Below are positions 61,251 through 64,000 of a stretch of DNA of 64,000 bases, in pieces. Origin of the DNA: an uncultured Alistipes sp. (GTDB lineage Bacteria; Bacteroidota; Bacteroidia; Bacteroidales; Rikenellaceae). The DNA lies in the NCBI GenBank assembly GCA_947573795.1, contig CANPHE010000001.1:40112-104111 (forward strand), written 5' to 3'. How positions within the stretch are numbered: the stretch's first letter is position 1; every line of letters starts with the position of its first letter. The notes below the pieces were generated by a model. The model was not told where the DNA came from and did not search any database. It worked only from the letters and a program-made list of their open reading frames with translations. The position numbers were made by a program, and so were the translations under genes.

Positions 61251-61279
61251 AAAAAGCGACCTGACGGGTCGCTTTTTTG
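61251..61279 (+). terminator. Rho-independent terminator of the arg operon
   Basis: The stem pairs agcgacc (61255-61261) with ggtcgct (61267-61273), with an A-run before and ttttt after. Confidence 0.7.
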
Positions 61280-61370
61280 ATCGGGATGTTGAGCCGGCTA
61301 AGAGCCGTTTGCATGGGGCTATGATTCGCAAAACAGCGTTCGCCTGCAACCCCAACGCCTTGGGCGTTGC

Positions 61371-61427
61371 ATCTTCGGCGGCTCGCGCTTTCAGCGCGAC
61401 CGGCCCAGCCGCCGAAGATGATTTTTA
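61371..61427 (+). terminator. Second, stronger terminator-like nested hairpin about 140 nt downstream of the arg terminator (possible 3' end of a small RNA)
   Basis: A 12-bp perfect stem pairs atcttcggcggc (61371-61382) with gccgccgaagat (61408-61419). It encloses cgcgct-ttc-agcgcg (61384-61398) and is followed by gatttttat. Confidence 0.4.
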
Positions 61428-61610
61428 TCCGCAGATTCAATGCATAATACTCGGTTCTTAGCCGGGCTTTACAGGCTGCGTCCGCAAAATAGTTCATGTT
61501 TAAACGATCGCCTTCATAAATTCCGGCATTTAGTCGGGTATTTCGAACGAGCATGCGGAACCCTGGTGCCGCAGAGGGGTATTTTTTTTGCAAACTGCGA
61601 TCCTTTGGAT

Positions 61611-61675
61611 CGCGCGAGCCGTAGCCTCCCCCGGCGGAGGCTCGCTATGCTCACTCCGCAGGCTACGCCTCGCCC
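61611..61675. repeat. GC-rich palindromic intergenic element, family R1, copy B (inverted relative to copy A)
   Basis: cgcgcgagccgtagcctcccccggcggaggctcgctatgctcactccgcaggctacgcc. Its reverse complement aligns to 51084-51142 with only a few mismatches or indels. Confidence 0.75.
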
Positions 61676-61687
61676 TTAACGAGACAT

Positions 61688-61867
61688 CAACTCACCGTTT
61701 TTTTTGCACGTTGACACACTTAGGTCGGTCGTTATCTCGCGGCCCTTGGCCGCGTTTACAAATCTGACCCACCCCCAAACCCCCGCCTCAGGCAGGGGCT
61801 TCGGGTGCAACCCGTAAAGTGATAATGTTTTAAGGCTGGTTTAGAGTAAAATTGTATGTAGTTGCCA
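61688..61867 (-). repeat. Structured intergenic element, family R2, copy B (inverted; apparently lacking the second terminal repeat)
   Basis: It starts gttgacacacttaggtcggtcg at 61710 and contains the hairpins cgcggcc-ctt-ggccgcg and cccccgcc-tca-ggcagggg. See copy A. Confidence 0.75.
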
Positions 61868-61920
61868 TTCTTAATTGATGAACTGCTTCAGCTTTGGCCG
61901 GCCGTCGAAGATGATTTTTC

Positions 61921-63117
61921 CTACGAAACCCGGTCCAGACACCTGCGGATAATCGCCGCGCTGTCGCGAATCTCCTCCTCGGAGATCGTCAATGGCGGTG
62001 AAATGCGGAATGCCGTGTCGCAATAGAGGAACCAGTCGCTCAGAATGCCCTCCTCCTTGAAGAGCTCCATGATCCGGTAGAGTTTCGCCGATTCGCCCAG
62101 CTCGACCGCCAGAAGCAGTCCCGACCGGCGGATCTCGCGTACGGCCGGATGGTCGGCCAGCAGTCGTTCGTAAAGTGCGCCTTTGGCCTCGACCTGTTCG
62201 ACGACCTGGTTGTCGAGCAGATAGTTCAGAGCCGCAAGACCTGCCGCGCAACAGACGGGATGGCCGCCGAAGGTGGTGATATGGCCCAGTGTGGGATTGT
62301 TCTGCAAGGTATCCATCACCTCGTGCCGCGCGACGAACGCTCCCAGGGGCATGCCGCCGCCGAAGGCTTTGGCCAGGCAGACGATATCGGGCGTAACGCC
62401 GTATTTCAGCGAAGCGAACATGGCGCCCGTGCGGCCCAGTCCGGTCTGTATCTCGTCGAAGATCAGCAGCGCCCCCACCTCGTCGCAGCGGCGGCGCAGC
62501 GCTTCGAGGTAACCCGGCTGCGGAGGCCGTACGCCCGCCTCGCCCTGCACGGGCTCGGCCAGCACGCAGGCCGTGCGGCGGGTGATGCGGCGCAGCGCGT
62601 CGAAATCGTTGAACTCGATGGCTGCGGTGTCGGGCAGCAGCGGGCGGAAGGCTCCCTTCCACTCCTCGCCCTCGGGTGCGCCCATCATGCTCATCGCACC
62701 GTGCGTGGAACCGTGGTAGGCGCGCCGCATGGAGATCATCTCGGTGCGGCCGGTGAAGCGTTTGGCCAGTTTGAGCGCCCCCTCGACCGCCTCGGCTCCC
62801 GAGTTGACGAAATAGACGCTCTCCAACTCGCCCGGTAACAGCTGCGCGATGCGTGTGGCGTACTCCACCTGCGGGGCCTCGACCATTTCGCCGTAGACCA
62901 TGATGTGCATGTAGCGCGCCGCCTGCTCCTGGACGGCCCGTACGACAGCTTCGTTGGCGTGTCCTACGTTGCTCACCGAGACGCCCGCCACCAGGTCGTA
63001 GTAGCGTTTGCCCTCGGGGGTATAGAAAAACGAACCTTCGGCCCGGGCGACCTCGACCATCATCGGCGAGGGCGAAGTTTGGGCCACGTGTGCGAGAAAT
63101 TGTTTGCGTAGAATCAT
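61921..63117 (-). CDS. Class-III (aspartate aminotransferase family) pyridoxal-phosphate aminotransferase
   Basis: Track ORF 61921..63777, trimmed to the ATG at 63115-63117 (MILRKQFLAH..., 398 aa). Motifs are NSGAEAVEGALKLA, LIFDEIQTGLGRTG and LAKAFGGG. Confidence 0.9.
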   Translation of the reverse strand: MILRKQFLAHVAQTSPSPMMVEVARAEGSFFYTPEGKRYYDLVAGVSVSNVGHANEAVVRAVQEQAARYMHIMVYGEMVEAPQVEYATRIAQLLPGELESVYFVNSGAEAVEGALKLAKRFTGRTEMISMRRAYHGSTHGAMSMMGAPEGEEWKGAFRPLLPDTAAIEFNDFDALRRITRRTACVLAEPVQGEAGVRPPQPGYLEALRRRCDEVGALLIFDEIQTGLGRTGAMFASLKYGVTPDIVCLAKAFGGGMPLGAFVARHEVMDTLQNNPTLGHITTFGGHPVCCAAGLAALNYLLDNQVVEQVEAKGALYERLLADHPAVREIRRSGLLLAVELGESAKLYRIMELFKEEGILSDWFLYCDTAFRISPPLTISEEEIRDSAAIIRRCLDRVS

Positions 63118-63122
63118 AACGT

Positions 63123-63830
63123 TCAGAGTTCTGCGGGCGAGATGCCGAGTTTCATTTCGAGAATACGCTGCGAATCCTTGACGCTCAGCAGCATCCAGCG
63201 GTAGAGAATGTCGAGGCGTTCGGATTCCGGGAGCTGCCACGCATGCGGGTCGACGTCGCGGCGGATGCGCTGCGTGAGCTGGTAGACGATGATGGCGGCC
63301 GATGCCGAGACGTTGAGACTCTCGACCATGCCGCACATCGGGATGCGCAGGAAGGCGTCGGCCCCGGCGATCACCTCGTCGGAGATGCCCGAATGCTCCG
63401 TTCCGAAGACCAGGGCGAAAGGTCCGGCCGCGACGTCGAACGTCTCGGGTGTCGAGTCCTCGCGGTGGGGCGTCGTGGCGACGATCCGGTAGCCTGCGCC
63501 GCGCAGCGCCGCGAGGGCTTCGTCGGTCGAGGCGTGACGCTCGACGTCGATCCACCGTTCGGTGCCCCGGGCGATGGCCGTGTTGGGCTCGAACGGGCAG
63601 AGGGTTTCGACCGTGTGCATGCGCTGCACGCCGAACGCCTCGCAGTGGCGGATCAGCGCCGCGGCATTCTGCCCGTGGTAGGTGTTTTCGGCCAGTAGCG
63701 TGGCGTAGCGCGTGCGCATCGAGAGCGTCCGGACGAACAGGTCGAAGCGTTCCTCGGTCATGAACTCGCGCAGGCACGCGATCCGCTCGGCGAGCAGGGC
63801 ATCCCTATTTGCGGTATTTTTCATCTTCAT
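63123..63830 (-). CDS. trmH: SpoU/TrmH-family tRNA/rRNA 2'-O-methyltransferase
   Basis: 235 aa with the motifs ALVFGTEHSGIS and IPMCGMVESLNVSASAAI (SPOUT knot). The symbol follows the family and the substrate is not proven. Confidence 0.8.
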   Translation of the reverse strand: MKMKNTANRDALLAERIACLREFMTEERFDLFVRTLSMRTRYATLLAENTYHGQNAAALIRHCEAFGVQRMHTVETLCPFEPNTAIARGTERWIDVERHASTDEALAALRGAGYRIVATTPHREDSTPETFDVAAGPFALVFGTEHSGISDEVIAGADAFLRIPMCGMVESLNVSASAAIIVYQLTQRIRRDVDPHAWQLPESERLDILYRWMLLSVKDSQRILEMKLGISPAEL

Positions 63831-64000
63831 CGAGCATTTTCAGGTAACTTTCGTAGCGCTCCGGGGCGATCTCCCCGCGGCGGATCGCTTCGACGACGGC
63901 GCAGCCCGGCTCGTGGGTGTGGGTGCAGTTGTAGAAACGGCAGTCGGCCGACGCCCGCATCATCTCGGGGAAGTAGTGGGCCAGCTCCGCATCGTCGATG
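63805..64000 (-). CDS. rsgA: Ribosome small-subunit-dependent GTPase A, C-terminal fragment (N-terminus outside the window)
   Basis: My own minus-strand translation gives ...IDDAELAHYFPEMMRASADCRFYNCTHTHEPGCAVVEAIRRGEIAPERYESYLKMLDEDEKYRK*. The C-x2-C-x-H-x5-C zinc knuckle is typical of RsgA. The stop overlaps the trmH start region. Confidence 0.8.
   Translation of the reverse strand, partial: IDDAELAHYFPEMMRASADCRFYNCTHTHEPGCAVVEAIRRGEIAPERYESYLKMLDEDEKYRK

Noticed and set aside
61246-61679. ORFs 61246..61593 (-), 61219..61461 (+) and 61440..61679 (+) as small protein genes
   Set aside because: They run through terminator hairpins and dispersed repeat copies, have R/A/G/C-rich odd composition, and include no recognisable motif. 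The region is better explained as structured non-coding DNA.

Overview
This 64 kb window comes from a high-G+C Bacteroidota chromosome. SusC/SusD pairs, a hybrid two-component regulator, BACON lipoproteins, TAnnTTTG promoter boxes and an N-succinylornithine-type arginine operon suggest an Alistipes-like Bacteroidales host; that assignment is inference. The window has four parts. (1) 1-7.1 kb is an integrative-element module, all on the minus strand: tyrosine integrase, orphan protein, HTH_17 excisionase-like protein, DUF3987/VirE-like P-loop protein and a further replication-module protein, plus an XRE regulator and a MORN-repeat lipoprotein. (2) 7.1-11.4 kb is a sharply AT-rich island. Sampled 60-nt lines give about 25-32 % G+C, against about 65 % in the flanks. 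It carries a small metallophosphoesterase and a tightly packed three-gene minus-strand operon: a PD-(D/E)xK sce7726-like protein, a Beta-protein/sce7725-like protein, and a Cys-cluster + RES-domain protein. I consider this operon the most interesting object in the window. It is a candidate uncharacterised anti-phage or abortive-infection system with a RES (NAD+-targeting type) effector and no canonical Xre antitoxin. (3) 11.6-45 kb is core or accessory chromosome. It holds an ECF sigma/anti-sigma operon, pgk, and a large polysaccharide-utilisation locus. The PUL contains the hybrid regulator, two tandem SusC/SusD pairs, a GH105-like hydrolase, a BNR_4-like protein, two paralogous calcineurin-like phosphoesterases and two BACON lipoproteins. 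A BspA-type leucine-rich-repeat surface protein follows. (4) 45.8-64 kb is housekeeping: prfA, an MGMT-family protein, menA, xseA/xseB, a methyltransferase, hemolysin-III, RelA/SpoT, the arg cluster GNAT-argG-argC-argD-argF'-argB-argE, a second class-III aminotransferase, trmH and partial rsgA. Two families of structured intergenic repeats occur in this last part, one of them inserted inside the arg operon. I could recognise no rRNA, tRNA or CRISPR array. Many long ORFs in the track are antisense artefacts of high G+C, and several true genes needed their N-terminal extensions (TTG/GTG starts) trimmed.
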